Under the pieces are notes generated by a model. That model was not told where the DNA came from. It was given only the letters and a program-made list of their open reading frames with translations, and did not search any database. The position numbers and the translations under genes were made by a program. Of a DNA stretch of 64,000 nt, positions 20,718 through 30,261 are shown piece by piece. The stretch is taken from contig JAYRXE010000037.1 in NCBI GenBank assembly GCA_041917695.1, forward strand, positions 2,155 to 66,154, in the 5' to 3' direction. How positions within the stretch are numbered: position 1 is the first letter of the stretch; each line of letters begins with the position of its first letter. The DNA is from Minisyncoccota bacterium (GTDB lineage Bacteria > Patescibacteriota > Minisyncoccia > UBA6257 > GWB1-50-10).

Positions 20718-21452
20718 ATGCATATGGGGAAGCTCGGCGGGAAAACAGCTATCGTGACCGGCGCTTCGTCCGGCATCGGACGCGCGATCGCGGAGCGTTT
20801 CGCTTCGGAAGGCGCAAAAGTTTTCGGCGTATCTTTCGGCGAGCCTCCCGCTGACCTTCCGGGCGTCGAATTTCTCCGCGCCGACGTGCGCGTTGAAAGC
20901 GATGTTCGCCGGGCCGTTGAAGCGGTCCATGCCCGTGGGGGAGGGCTCCATATTCTCGTGAATGCGGCGGGAATTTCAAAAATGGAAGGCATCGAAGAAA
21001 CCTCGGAGGCCGACTATGACGCGGTGATGGATACGAACATGAAGGGGGTGTTTCTGATGACGAAAGCGTGCATCCCTCATTTGAAGCCCGCGCGCGGCAG
21101 TGTTATCAACGTCGCATCGAAGCTCGCGCTCATTCCCGACGCCGAGGTGCCCGTCTATTGTGCGTCAAAGGCGGCGGTTGCCATGTTTACGAAAGCCATA
21201 GCCCTCCAGTATGCGCGGGAAGGCGTGCGGATAAACGCCGTCTGCCCGGGTCCCGTTGATACGCCCCTTTTGCAGGCGTATTTCGCGAATCGGGAGGAGA
21301 TGATAGCCTATTATGCGGAACACAATCCCATGGGTAGGATCGGTACGCCGGAGGAAGTGGCTGAGGTGGCGCTCTTTCTCGCGTCCGAAAACGCATCCTT
21401 CGTTACCGGGGGGCTTTATACCGTCGACGGCGGCGGGAGCCTTACGAATTAG
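20718..21452 (+). CDS. SDR family oxidoreductase
   Basis: [23 protein letters not shown]. Confidence 0.93.
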   Translation: MHMGKLGGKTAIVTGASSGIGRAIAERFASEGAKVFGVSFGEPPADLPGVEFLRADVRVESDVRRAVEAVHARGGGLHILVNAAGISKMEGIEETSEADYDAVMDTNMKGVFLMTKACIPHLKPARGSVINVASKLALIPDAEVPVYCASKAAVAMFTKAIALQYAREGVRINAVCPGPVDTPLLQAYFANREEMIAYYAEHNPMGRIGTPEEVAEVALFLASENASFVTGGLYTVDGGGSLTN

Positions 21453-21476
21453 GGATTTTACTCCGCGCGAATATTT

Positions 21477-21548
21477 GCCCTCGTCGTTCAATGGATAGGA
21501 CGCTGGCCTCCGAAGCCGGAAATTGAGGTTCGACTCCTCACGAGGGCA
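21477..21548 (+). tRNA. tRNA-Arg(CCG)
   Basis: GCCCTCG/CGAGGGC acceptor, CTGGC-CTCCGAA-GCCGG anticodon arm, GGTTCGACTCC. Confidence 0.93.
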
Positions 21549-21709
21549 CTAAAACAAAAACACCCGTTTCGGGTGTTTTTGTTCGTGCAGAAGGAAAGTT
21601 AGGGCAGAGGAGAAGAATGATTACTTGACAAATATGTAATATTATGCTATATATAAAAACAGAATATTAATTAATTAAATAAGGCATAGTCCTTAAGAAG
21701 GGAGGTCTT

Positions 21710-22348
21710 GTGACCCCGGAAATACAACAGATAATCGGATATGTTGCAGCTACGATCTCTTTCCTTGCATATATTCCATATATTATCGAGTTTGTCGGAG
21801 GACGCACTAAAACGCACCCTCTTACTTATTGGATATGGAAATATGGAAACTTATCCGGAGGTACAAATCCTCGGCAGGCAAGTTGGCTTGTATGGGCTGC
21901 CCTCCAATATGTGATTTTTTCAAGTAGCAGAGAGCAAGGCGCTACCGATAGCGCATGGATAGCTTTTGGATATCTCATTGGTTCAAGTCTAACTGCTATA
22001 CTCCTTTTTTGGTACGGAGATAAAAAATGGGGGAAATTAGATGTGTTCTGCGGAGCACTTGCGGTAGCAAGTCTCATTCTTCTTTACGGAACTCGTAACT
22101 CATTCTGGGCATTAATGCTTGCAATCGCAACCGATGCAATCGCGGCGATTCCAACCATTGTCAGTGTGACTAAAGAACCTAAAAACGAAAGTAAATTAGG
22201 ATGGTCTGTATTTCTCGTTGGCGTACTTGTAAATCTTGGAGCGATAAAAGAATTAAATTTCCAAGAAGCTGGATTCAGCTTTTATCTTCTCCTTGTTATC
22301 GGATACATAAATTTGCGGGTATGGCTCGTATTTGGAAAGAAAAATTGA
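21710..22348 (+). CDS. multi-pass membrane protein (AT-rich solo cassette)
   Basis: about 7 TM; TTGACA 21625 promoter, GGGAGG SD, terminator 22360-22382. Confidence 0.8.
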   Translation: MTPEIQQIIGYVAATISFLAYIPYIIEFVGGRTKTHPLTYWIWKYGNLSGGTNPRQASWLVWAALQYVIFSSSREQGATDSAWIAFGYLIGSSLTAILLFWYGDKKWGKLDVFCGALAVASLILLYGTRNSFWALMLAIATDAIAAIPTIVSVTKEPKNESKLGWSVFLVGVLVNLGAIKELNFQEAGFSFYLLLVIGYINLRVWLVFGKKN

Positions 22349-22450
22349 TTTATTAACTTAGGAGGGGTAACCCTCCTTTTTTCTTGTAATCAAACTGTTA
22401 TTCCATCATACTCGACAGCAGAAAATTAAAATTCTCGAAAGGAGGTATCT

Positions 22451-22771
22451 ATGTCAAGTGGCGACCGTGAAGTGACTAATGAAAGAATTTACCATGAGCG
22501 CGAAACAGATTTTTATGTAGCGCTTGCCGAATATCTTGAAAATCCCCACGATATTGCAAAAGAGTTGGCACTGAAAAATCGCTTAGGGCTTTTAAATAGC
22601 TCAGCGAAAGGGTATTGGAGCATCAAAAAAACGATTTCATGGGATGAGATAGGCCCTAAGGTGGAAAAGCTGAAAAATTTTAATCCATTGGCATGGGAAG
22701 AATTTTTAAAAGGCTTTGAAGGGTCGGACCTATATGACCGTTTTTTGGCGGTATCCCCCTTTTTGGTGTGA
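22451..22771 (+). CDS. hypothetical protein (solo cassette)
   Basis: TTGTAA-17-CATACT promoter, GAAAGGAGG SD. Confidence 0.7.
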   Translation: MSSGDREVTNERIYHERETDFYVALAEYLENPHDIAKELALKNRLGLLNSSAKGYWSIKKTISWDEIGPKVEKLKNFNPLAWEEFLKGFEGSDLYDRFLAVSPFLV

Positions 22772-22864
22772 TTTTTTAGCTTAAAAAGCGGCTTTTTGTC
22801 GCTTTTTTCTTTGGCTTGGCGCCTGCTTTCAGTTTCCCTCAACTTGAGGCTATAATGAGCCTAA

Positions 22865-23776
22865 ATGAAATTCGCCCGGAAGAAGTCCCTGCAGAAGATA
22901 TCCACGTTTTGCATCGGCGGGCATGCCGAATATTTCTTCGAATCCGGAAGCGAACGCGAACTTTTGAAGGCCATCAAGGTAGCCGAGGAGAAAAAAATAC
23001 CGTGGCGGGTGATGGGCGAGGGGAGCAACATTCTTTTTCCCGATGCGATGACGAAGGGGCTCTTGATTCGCGTTAAGGGCGGAAAGATAGAGCGGAAGGG
23101 GAACCTCGTTGCCGTTTCCGCGGGCATTCCGCTTAAGAAGCTTATTGATTTCTCGATACAAAAAGGTCTCGGCGGACTCGAATCGCTTTCGGGCATTCCC
23201 GGAACGGTGGGGGGCGCAATCACCGGCAACGCCGGCGCGTACGGGCATTCCATAAGCGAATGCGTGAAGCGGGTCGAAGTGTGGGAGAGAGGCGCGGCGC
23301 GCTGGATACCCGCCCAGGAGTGCTCTTTTTCGTATCGCGAAAGCGGCTTCAAATACCGCCCGTGCCTTATTTTGAAAATCGAGTTGAAACTCGCGCCGGC
23401 GAAAAAATCGGAACTTCTTTTGAAATCAAAGCGCATTGTCGCGGAACGGACGCGCAAATATCCGAAGGGGTTGAAATGCCCCGGGAGTTTCTTCAAGAAT
23501 CCGCTCGTCGCCGGCATGCCCCGGTCGGCCCTGCGGAAAATCGACATGAGAAACGTCATCGACGGCAAAGTTCCGGCGGGATATCTGCTGGAGGCAGTGG
23601 GAGCGAAGGCGATGCGGGTGGGCGCCATCCAAGTCGCGGATTACCACGGGAACCTTTTCATCAATACCGGCAAGGGTACGGAAGCCCAGGTGAAGAAACT
23701 CACGAATATCTTGAAAGAGCGCGTGCAACGCACGTTCGGCATCACCCTTCACGAGGAGGTGCGCATCTGGGAGTAA
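22865..23776 (+). CDS. murB: UDP-N-acetylmuramate dehydrogenase
   Basis: GEGSNIL, GIPGTVGGA, NAGAYG, GSFFKNP, HGNLFIN. Confidence 0.96.
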   Translation: MKFARKKSLQKISTFCIGGHAEYFFESGSERELLKAIKVAEEKKIPWRVMGEGSNILFPDAMTKGLLIRVKGGKIERKGNLVAVSAGIPLKKLIDFSIQKGLGGLESLSGIPGTVGGAITGNAGAYGHSISECVKRVEVWERGAARWIPAQECSFSYRESGFKYRPCLILKIELKLAPAKKSELLLKSKRIVAERTRKYPKGLKCPGSFFKNPLVAGMPRSALRKIDMRNVIDGKVPAGYLLEAVGAKAMRVGAIQVADYHGNLFINTGKGTEAQVKKLTNILKERVQRTFGITLHEEVRIWE

Positions 23777-24402
23777 TGGGAAAAGCCGAGGAGCTCGAAC
23801 GGATCGCTGCCGACCTTGATGCTGATGAATCGCTCCCGCTTCGGGAAGCGAATGTGGTGTTCGGAGAAGGGAATCCCGATGCTGAGGTCGTCTTTATCGG
23901 CGAAGCGCCGGGAAAAAACGAAGACCTTGAGCGGAGGCCGTTTGTCGGGCGCGCCGGACAGCTTTTGCGCGCGTTGATACGCGAGGCCGGGTGGGAGGAG
24001 CGGGATGTCTACATAACGAATATCGTGAAGCGCCGACCGCCGGAAAACCGCGACCCCCTCCCGCACGAGATTGAAAGCTATAAACCGTACCTTGCCCGGC
24101 AATTGCGGGTGCTCAAGCCCAAGGTCATTGCGACCCTCGGGCGTTTTTCCATGAATTATTTTCTTCCCCTCGCGAAGATCTCGCGGGACCACGGAAAGGT
24201 GTACAAGCTCGGCGATTCGCTCCTGGTGCCTTTGTATCATCCCGCCGCAGCGTTGCGGGCGACCGGCGTGAAGCAGGAGCTCGAACGCGACTTCAAAAAA
24301 CTCCCGCGGGTCGTTCAAAAATATTCCGAGCTTCTTTCGAAGTACGGCGCGCCCGATGAAGGGAGGGAAGGGCCCCGCGAAACGCAGGAGGGCCTATTGT
24401 AG
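23776..24402 (+). CDS. uracil-DNA glycosylase family 4
   Basis: GEAPG, PFVGRAG, TNIVKRRPPENR, YHPAA; ATG overlaps murB stop. Confidence 0.92.
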   Translation: MGKAEELERIAADLDADESLPLREANVVFGEGNPDAEVVFIGEAPGKNEDLERRPFVGRAGQLLRALIREAGWEERDVYITNIVKRRPPENRDPLPHEIESYKPYLARQLRVLKPKVIATLGRFSMNYFLPLAKISRDHGKVYKLGDSLLVPLYHPAAALRATGVKQELERDFKKLPRVVQKYSELLSKYGAPDEGREGPRETQEGLL

Positions 24403-24455
24403 CGCCCCGCATGCGGGGACGAAGCCTTGATTTAGGGGTATACTTTTTACATATC

Positions 24456-24821
24456 ATGCCGCGCGTCGTTTTGGATCGCCTGTTGTTCATTGCCTATATT
24501 TTTGAACGGCTTCTTTTCCGTTTTTGGGAGTTTATCCGCCGGTGGTACGCCGGCGCGGCGATGTGGTTTTGGCGGAAAACCCTGGAACGCTTGCAATCGC
24601 TTGACCGCCGCATCGCCCTCAAGGTGACGGTCATTTATTTCTTCCGGCCTCTGTTCGGCGACGAATCCGTCATCGGGCGGCTTCTCGGTTTCTTTTTCCG
24701 GACGCTCCGCATCGTCTTCGCTTCGGCGCTGTATCTGGTTATCCTCGCCGCCGCCGCATTTGCATATCTTCTGTGGGCGCTTTTCCCCGTCTTCGTGATT
24801 TCAAAAATCGTACTTCCATGA
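24456..24821 (+). CDS. hypothetical membrane protein coupled to Clp ATPase
   Basis: hydrophobic 121 aa ORF; ATGA overlap with next gene. Confidence 0.7.
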   Translation: MPRVVLDRLLFIAYIFERLLFRFWEFIRRWYAGAAMWFWRKTLERLQSLDRRIALKVTVIYFFRPLFGDESVIGRLLGFFFRTLRIVFASALYLVILAAAAFAYLLWALFPVFVISKIVLP

Positions 24822-27313
24822 CCTTCATTTTCCGCGACAAGCGCTTTTTCTTTTCGGTCGTTGAGGAGGCGATATTCCATATCCTTTCCTACGCGACGTA
24901 TGTCTGCCTCGGTGCGGCGGCGTTCATCCTGCTTTTTTCCGATATTCCGCCCCTCCGGTGGTTTGGCCTCCTCATCTTTCTTTTTCTCGCCGATCGGGCG
25001 TTCCAGATCGGAAAGGGGGAACGGAAGCTCTGGCAACTTCACGGCAAACCGCCTGTGAATGTCGCGCGCGCCGCAACTCCGCGGACCGTCGCCATCCTTC
25101 ACCGCGCCTTCCGTACCGCGCAGGCGACGGGAGAAGATATCGGGTTTCTCATCCTCGGCGAGCTTTTAAAAGAGGGGCAGATGAAGCACATCCTTCTGCG
25201 TTTGGGCACCAACCACAAGGAATTTGCGGAAAAAGCTTCTGAATACGGGGAGCATGCGCCATTGCTCACCCGGACTGAGCGCGAAGCGTTCGATGAAATC
25301 GAAAGCATTGCGCTTGCCGCCGCAAAAAACGCCGCCCGCCTGCGGGACCCGTACATCTATCCGGCAAACCTTTTTGCCGCGCTTTTCGAGCATCCTTCGC
25401 CGGCGCTTTCGAAGCTTTTCTATCTTTTCGAGATGGATGCGCGCGATGCGGAATCCGCCCCGCTCTTTAAGCGCGTGGGCCTCTCGACCCGCGCGCTCCG
25501 GGCGCTCCGAACATTTTCCTTTTTTGCCCCTGCTCCGCGCAGGGAAAGGGGAAAGACGATGAACCGTGCGTGGACCGCCCGGCCGACCCCTCTCTTGGAC
25601 AGCTGGAGTGAGGACGTGACCGCGCTTGCCGAAGCGGGAGCTGTCGGTTTCCTCGTGGGACACGACAAAGAATATGAAACGCTTGTTTCCATACTCGCGA
25701 AGCCCGGGAGACCGAATGCCATTCTTGTGGGCGAGGCGGGAGCGGGAAAATCGACGCTTATCGAGCACTTGGCGCTCCAAATGGCGCGCGACGAAGCGCC
25801 GAAGGCCTTTTTCGACAAGCGCCTCGTTTCGTTGAACCTTGCCGAGCTTATGTCGGGTGCGGACGTGAAGGTGATCAGCGAACGGTTGAAGCGCGTGACG
25901 GAAGAAATCTTGCGGGCGGGCAATGTGGTGCTTGCCATCATGAACGCCGAGGAGCTTTTCAAATCCGAGACCGCACGCGCCGCAGAGCCGATCGACTTTC
26001 TCCTTCCCGTCATCGAATCCGGCGACATCCCCGTCATTGCGGCCGCGAACACCCGGGAATTCAAGCGTCTCATCGAACCCCGCTCGGATTTTTTGAAGTT
26101 ATTTGAAATCGTCCGCGTCGAGGAGGTCACGGAGGAGGAAGCGGTCCGCTTTTTGGTCCGGGAGAGCCTCTATCTTGAACGGGAGTTTTCCCTGCCGATT
26201 ACTTTCCGCGCCATGCGGAAGTCCGCGGAGCTTGCCAAGCGCTATTTCCGTTCGCGTCTTTTGCCGGGAAGCGCTCTCGATCTTTTGAAACAATCGGCTG
26301 CGGAGGCGGCGAAGCGCCGCGAACGGACGCTGACCGGCGAGTTGGTGGTCGAGGTGGCTGAACGGCAAAGTAAGGTTCCGATCCAGAAAGCGGACGCCAA
26401 GGAAGCGGAGAAGCTCTTGAATCTGGAGACGCGCATCCATGAACGCCTCGTAAACCAAACTGAGGCCGTCTCCGCGGTTTCCCGGGCGCTCCGCGAATTC
26501 CGGAGCGGCCTTTCCCGCTCCGGAAGCCCCATCGCCTCGTTCCTTTTTGTCGGTCCCACGGGCGTCGGAAAGACGGAGCTTGCAAAGACGCTTGCCGCGA
26601 TTCAGTTCGGTTCCGAATCGCTTATGCGCCGTTTCGACATGTCCGAATACCAGGACAAACAGTCGCTGTATCGCTTGATTGGCACCCCCGACGGTTCGAA
26701 AACCGGCCTCCTCACCGATGCCATTCTCGAAAATCCGTATAGTCTCGTGCTCCTCGACGAATTCGAGAAAGCCCATCCCGATATCCTGAACCTCTTTCTC
26801 CAGGTGCTCGACGACGGACGGCTTACCGATTCCTCCGGCAGGACGGCCGATTTTGAAAACGTCATTATCATCGCGACGTCAAACGCGCATTCCGATTTCA
26901 TCAAGTCGGAAATCGAGCGGAAGGTTTCCCCGGGCGAGCTCGCGGAAAGCGTGAAGGCGAAGCTCACGGAAGTTTTCCGTCCCGAACTCGTGAACCGGTT
27001 TTCGGATATCGTCGTTTTCCGCCCCCTTACGCCTGCGGAGATTGAAGAAGTCGCCTCGCGCATGCTTGCAAGTCTCTGCGAACAGATTCTCTCGACCCAC
27101 GGGATTCGTCTCTCGATCGATACCGCCGCGGTGAAGCGCATTGCGGAGATCGGGTACAGCCCCGTTTTCGGTTCCCGCCCTCTCCGCCAGGCGATTTCGG
27201 AAAATATCCGGGGCGCTTTGGCGGAGAAGCTTTTGAAAAAAGAAATCGGCCGGGGCAATTCCCTCCGCGTCACCTATGCGCAGAACGGTTTTGCCTGGAC
27301 CGTGGTAGAATAA
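24818..27313 (+). CDS. ClpA/B/C-family AAA+ ATPase with N-terminal TM segments
   Basis: GEAGAGKST, GPTGVGKTE, RFDMSEY, LLDEFEKAH, FRPELVNR. Confidence 0.9.
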   Translation: MTFIFRDKRFFFSVVEEAIFHILSYATYVCLGAAAFILLFSDIPPLRWFGLLIFLFLADRAFQIGKGERKLWQLHGKPPVNVARAATPRTVAILHRAFRTAQATGEDIGFLILGELLKEGQMKHILLRLGTNHKEFAEKASEYGEHAPLLTRTEREAFDEIESIALAAAKNAARLRDPYIYPANLFAALFEHPSPALSKLFYLFEMDARDAESAPLFKRVGLSTRALRALRTFSFFAPAPRRERGKTMNRAWTARPTPLLDSWSEDVTALAEAGAVGFLVGHDKEYETLVSILAKPGRPNAILVGEAGAGKSTLIEHLALQMARDEAPKAFFDKRLVSLNLAELMSGADVKVISERLKRVTEEILRAGNVVLAIMNAEELFKSETARAAEPIDFLLPVIESGDIPVIAAANTREFKRLIEPRSDFLKLFEIVRVEEVTEEEAVRFLVRESLYLEREFSLPITFRAMRKSAELAKRYFRSRLLPGSALDLLKQSAAEAAKRRERTLTGELVVEVAERQSKVPIQKADAKEAEKLLNLETRIHERLVNQTEAVSAVSRALREFRSGLSRSGSPIASFLFVGPTGVGKTELAKTLAAIQFGSESLMRRFDMSEYQDKQSLYRLIGTPDGSKTGLLTDAILENPYSLVLLDEFEKAHPDILNLFLQVLDDGRLTDSSGRTADFENVIIIATSNAHSDFIKSEIERKVSPGELAESVKAKLTEVFRPELVNRFSDIVVFRPLTPAEIEEVASRMLASLCEQILSTHGIRLSIDTAAVKRIAEIGYSPVFGSRPLRQAISENIRGALAEKLLKKEIGRGNSLRVTYAQNGFAWTVVE

Positions 27314-27317
27314 GCGA

Positions 27318-27821
27318 ATGGAACGAGAGGTATCCGGAGGAATCATCATTTTTCAGCGCACCCCTGAAGGTCCGCGCTTCCTCTTGCTCTTCCGGGGGTA
27401 TTGGAACTTCCCGAAGGGCAAGCTTGAGGCCGGGGAGAAGGCTTTCCGCGCCGCTTTGCGCGAAGTGTGGGAGGAAACAGGCATCCGTTCGAAGGACCTT
27501 GCCTTCGTGAATTGGTTCAAAGCCCAGGACCGGTATGTTTTCCGGAGCCGGAAGAGCGGGGAAAAGGTTTTGAAAACCGTCAGTTTTTATCTCGCGGAAA
27601 CGACCGAGAGCCGCGTGCGCCTGTCTCCCGAACAGCAGGGCTACGGGTGGTTTTTATACCGCGAAGCGTTGCGGATTCTCACCGTCCCGAATTCGAAGCA
27701 TAATTTACGGAAAGCCTATGGCATTATCACACGCAAGCGCGGTGTACGCCGTGACGAGCCGCATCCCAAAAGGGAAGGTGGCAACGTACGCCCAAATAGC
27801 GAAAGCCCTCGGCAGCCCTAA
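27318..27821 (+). CDS. NUDIX hydrolase
   Basis: WNFPKGKLEAGE...AALREVWEETG. Confidence 0.9.
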   Translation: MEREVSGGIIIFQRTPEGPRFLLLFRGYWNFPKGKLEAGEKAFRAALREVWEETGIRSKDLAFVNWFKAQDRYVFRSRKSGEKVLKTVSFYLAETTESRVRLSPEQQGYGWFLYREALRILTVPNSKHNLRKAYGIITRKRGVRRDEPHPKREGGNVRPNSESPRQP

Positions 27822-28026
27822 ATCGGCGCGCGCGGTCGGCAATGCCTTAAACAAGAACCCGTTTCCCGGCGAACGGGTTCCGTGCCATCGGGTGGTGAGA
27901 AGCGACGGCACGGTTGGCGGCTTTATGAGCGGCACGGGAAAAAAAATCGCGCTCCTGCGGCGCGAGGGGGTGGAAATGAAAAACGGAAAGATCGATCTTT
28001 CCGTTTTCGGGGTAAAAAAACTCTGA
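27718..28026 (+). CDS. MGMT family alkylated-DNA protein (single domain)
   Basis: IPKGKVATY, ARAVGNA, PCHRVV. Confidence 0.88.
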   Translation: MALSHASAVYAVTSRIPKGKVATYAQIAKALGSPKSARAVGNALNKNPFPGERVPCHRVVRSDGTVGGFMSGTGKKIALLRREGVEMKNGKIDLSVFGVKKL

Positions 28027-28027
28027 T

Positions 28028-28372
28028 TTATTTAACCGATTCCACGATTTTTCCGAAGACTTTCGGTTCGTGTTCCGCGAGATGGGCGAGGATTTTCCGG
28101 TCGAGGACGATGCCGTTCTTTTTGAGTCGTCCCATGAGGACGCTGTAGCTCATGCCGTGCTCCTTCGCCGCCGCGCCCATTTTGACCTGCCAGGTCGCCC
28201 GTGCGGTGCGCTTCTTTTCCTTGCGGCCCTTGAAGGCGCGCGACATCGAGTGGAGGAGCGCTTCCTTGGCGGCACGCTCCTTCGATTTGCGGCCCCACTT
28301 GAAGCCTTTTGTCTTTTTGAGGACTTTGCGGCGCTTTTTTGTCGCGATTGTCCCTCTTTTTACGCGTGTCAT
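28028..28372 (-). CDS. rplT: 50S ribosomal protein L20
   Basis: MTRVKRG, SYSVLM, LDRKILA. Confidence 0.96.
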   Translation of the reverse strand: MTRVKRGTIATKKRRKVLKKTKGFKWGRKSKERAAKEALLHSMSRAFKGRKEKKRTARATWQVKMGAAAKEHGMSYSVLMGRLKKNGIVLDRKILAHLAEHEPKVFGKIVESVK

Positions 28373-28375
28373 GGT

Positions 28376-28552
28376 TTAGTGATAGTTCTTGAGCGTCTTG
28401 GTGCGCATCACAAGGCCGCGGTTTTTCTTGCGGCGGGTGAGCTCCACGGGGCTCTTGTTCGCGCGCGAATGGCCAAGCGACCGGCGGTGGCTAGCCTTCC
28501 CGTTTTTCGTGATTTTTATGCGGCTCACGAAGCTTTTCCGAGACTTTTTCAT
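28376..28552 (-). CDS. rpmI: 50S ribosomal protein L35
   Basis: KSFVSRIKITKNGK...H; between infC and rplT. Confidence 0.8.
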   Translation of the reverse strand: MKKSRKSFVSRIKITKNGKASHRRSLGHSRANKSPVELTRRKKNRGLVMRTKTLKNYH

Positions 28553-28608
28553 AGACGATTTAGCAGGAGTCAGAATACCAGTATTCCCCGCAAAAGGCAA
28601 TATTCGCC

Positions 28609-29109
28609 TTACTTTTTGGTGATTTGGGCAATGAATCCTCGGCCGCCCTGTTTCGGCGGGAGGGTCATTTGGAAGGGGACGGGGATTTGCGAAATGAATC
28701 CGTTGATTTTTTTTAGCGCCCAGTCCTTGTTCGCTTTTTCGCGTCCGCGGAGCGCAAGCATGATTTCAACCTTATGGCCTTCCTCGAGAAATTCGATGAG
28801 CTTCTTCATTTTCACCTGCAGGTCGCCGGCGGCGGCGCGCGCGGTGATGCGGATGCCTTTCAGTTCCTTTCCTTTCTGCGCGAGCCGCTGTTTCTTCTCC
28901 TCCTTCTCTTTCTGGTAGCGGAACTTGTCGAAGCTCATGATGCGCGCGACCGGCGGTTTCGCGCCCGACGCAATTTCAATGAGATCGAGGCCGAGCGCCC
29001 GTGCCTTCGCAATGGCCTCTTCGCGGGAGAGTACGCCGATGTTTTCGCCGTTTTCCCCGATGACGCGGACTTCAGGGGCCTGTATTTGGTTGTTGATTCG
29101 GTTTTGTAT
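28609..29109 (-). CDS. infC: translation initiation factor IF-3 (non-canonical ATA start)
   Basis: frame extends upstream of the ORF track: IQNRINNQIQAPEVRVIGENGENIGV...LDLIEIA...PPVARIMSFDKF; in-frame TGA two codons upstream of ATA 29109. Confidence 0.9.
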   Translation of the reverse strand: MQNRINNQIQAPEVRVIGENGENIGVLSREEAIAKARALGLDLIEIASGAKPPVARIMSFDKFRYQKEKEEKKQRLAQKGKELKGIRITARAAAGDLQVKMKKLIEFLEEGHKVEIMLALRGREKANKDWALKKINGFISQIPVPFQMTLPPKQGGRGFIAQITKK

Positions 29110-29218
29110 GGTTCAATCCTACCCGATTCCTTCCAAAAGGGAAGCTCGCCCGTCCGTCACGCGCCGTCTGCCGTTGCGTTATGGAATGTGAACAAAGGTC
29201 GTTTTATCTTTTGCTTGT

Positions 29219-29638
29219 ATGAAGAAAGCATTATTTTTTTCGGCGGTTGCCGTGATGGCGATGTGGGGAGGGGTTTTTGCCCCCGGAGTTTCCGCCGCCG
29301 CGCTCTCGGCCTCCGAGCTCGCGTGCGTGCGCACTGCCGTTGAAAAGCGGGAAAACGGCATCATTGCCGCCCATACCGCTTTTGGAAGCGCAGTCGGCTC
29401 CGCCCTTCAAACGAGAAAGTCTGCACTTGTCTCCGCCTGGGGCATCGAGGACCGGAAAGCGCGGAACACCGCCCGCTACGAAGCCTGGCGCGCCTTCAAA
29501 GACGCCGTCTCCCTTGCCCGCAAAACGCACCGCACGGCGGTCGGCGGCGTCTGGGACGCCTATCGCGGCGAAGCCAAAGCGTGCAACGTCTCAGTCGAAG
29601 GGGTTGAGCCCCGTTCGGTCGACGATGTTCGTTTTTAA
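29219..29638 (+). CDS. secreted helical hypothetical protein
   Basis: signal peptide, two Cys; upstream of ECF sigma. Confidence 0.75.
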   Translation: MKKALFFSAVAVMAMWGGVFAPGVSAAALSASELACVRTAVEKRENGIIAAHTAFGSAVGSALQTRKSALVSAWGIEDRKARNTARYEAWRAFKDAVSLARKTHRTAVGGVWDAYRGEAKACNVSVEGVEPRSVDDVRF

Positions 29639-29708
29639 GGCTTTTGACCAGCCGGAACGCCGAAAGCGCTTTTCTTGGCGCTTTCGGTTTTTTGTACGAT
29701 GATTTTAT

Positions 29709-29734
29709 GTAAGGACATGAACCGTTTTCCGTCA
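29709..29734 (+). promoter_or_regulatory. putative ECF promoter (autoregulatory)
   Basis: GTAAGG-N15-CGTCA, 5 nt before the sigma ATG; same motif and spacing at 29156, 30376 and (minus) 50021. Confidence 0.6.
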
Positions 29735-29739
29735 CACCT

Positions 29740-30249
29740 ATGGGCGAACTAGAGAAAAAAACATTCCTCGAGGCCTATGACGCCCATGCCGATTCGCTCT
29801 ATCGGCACGCGTACTTTAGAGTCCACGACCGCGGAAAAGCGGAGGAGCTTATGCAGGAAGCGTTTATGCGCGCGTGGGAATATTCGGGGAGCCACGGCTT
29901 GCCGCAAAATTTGCGGGCGTTTCTCTACCGGGTGCTCAACAACCTCATCATCGACGATTTCCGGAAGAAAAAACCAGCGTCCCTCGACGAGCTTTCCGAG
30001 GCGGGGTTTGAGCCTGCGGAGGAGTCGGCCGACGTCGATATCGTCGAAGTGGCGATCATCCGCGAGATGCTCGGCGAATTGCCGGACCATCATCGCGAAG
30101 TGGTCGTGATGCGTTTCATCGACGGTTTCACGCCCTCCGAGATCGCCGAGGTTACGGGGGAGCGGGAAAACACCGTCTCGGTACGCATCCACCGCGCGCT
30201 TCTCAAGCTCAAAAAAGCCTACGAAGCGAGGCAGAAAAAGGCCGCATAA
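29740..30249 (+). CDS. ECF RNA polymerase sigma factor
   Basis: AEELMQEAFMRAW, FLYRVLNNLIIDDFRK, region 4 TVSVRIHRA. Confidence 0.93.
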   Translation: MGELEKKTFLEAYDAHADSLYRHAYFRVHDRGKAEELMQEAFMRAWEYSGSHGLPQNLRAFLYRVLNNLIIDDFRKKKPASLDELSEAGFEPAEESADVDIVEVAIIREMLGELPDHHREVVVMRFIDGFTPSEIAEVTGERENTVSVRIHRALLKLKKAYEARQKKAA

Positions 30250-30261
30250 CCATTTATATAT

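Noticed and set aside
21549-21612. Relic of the tRNA element behind tRNA-Arg(CCG)
   Set aside because: Only AGGAAAG and a 6-bp AGGGCA repeat match; too short to distinguish from chance.
21794-21895. Apparent internal duplication GGRTKTHPLTYWIW / SGGTNPRQASWLVW
   Set aside because: Similarity is weak at both protein and DNA level.
27718-27821. 104-nt same-strand overlap of the NUDIX and MGMT genes
   Set aside because: Explained by a non-conserved NUDIX tail; no frameshift signal or fusion evidence.
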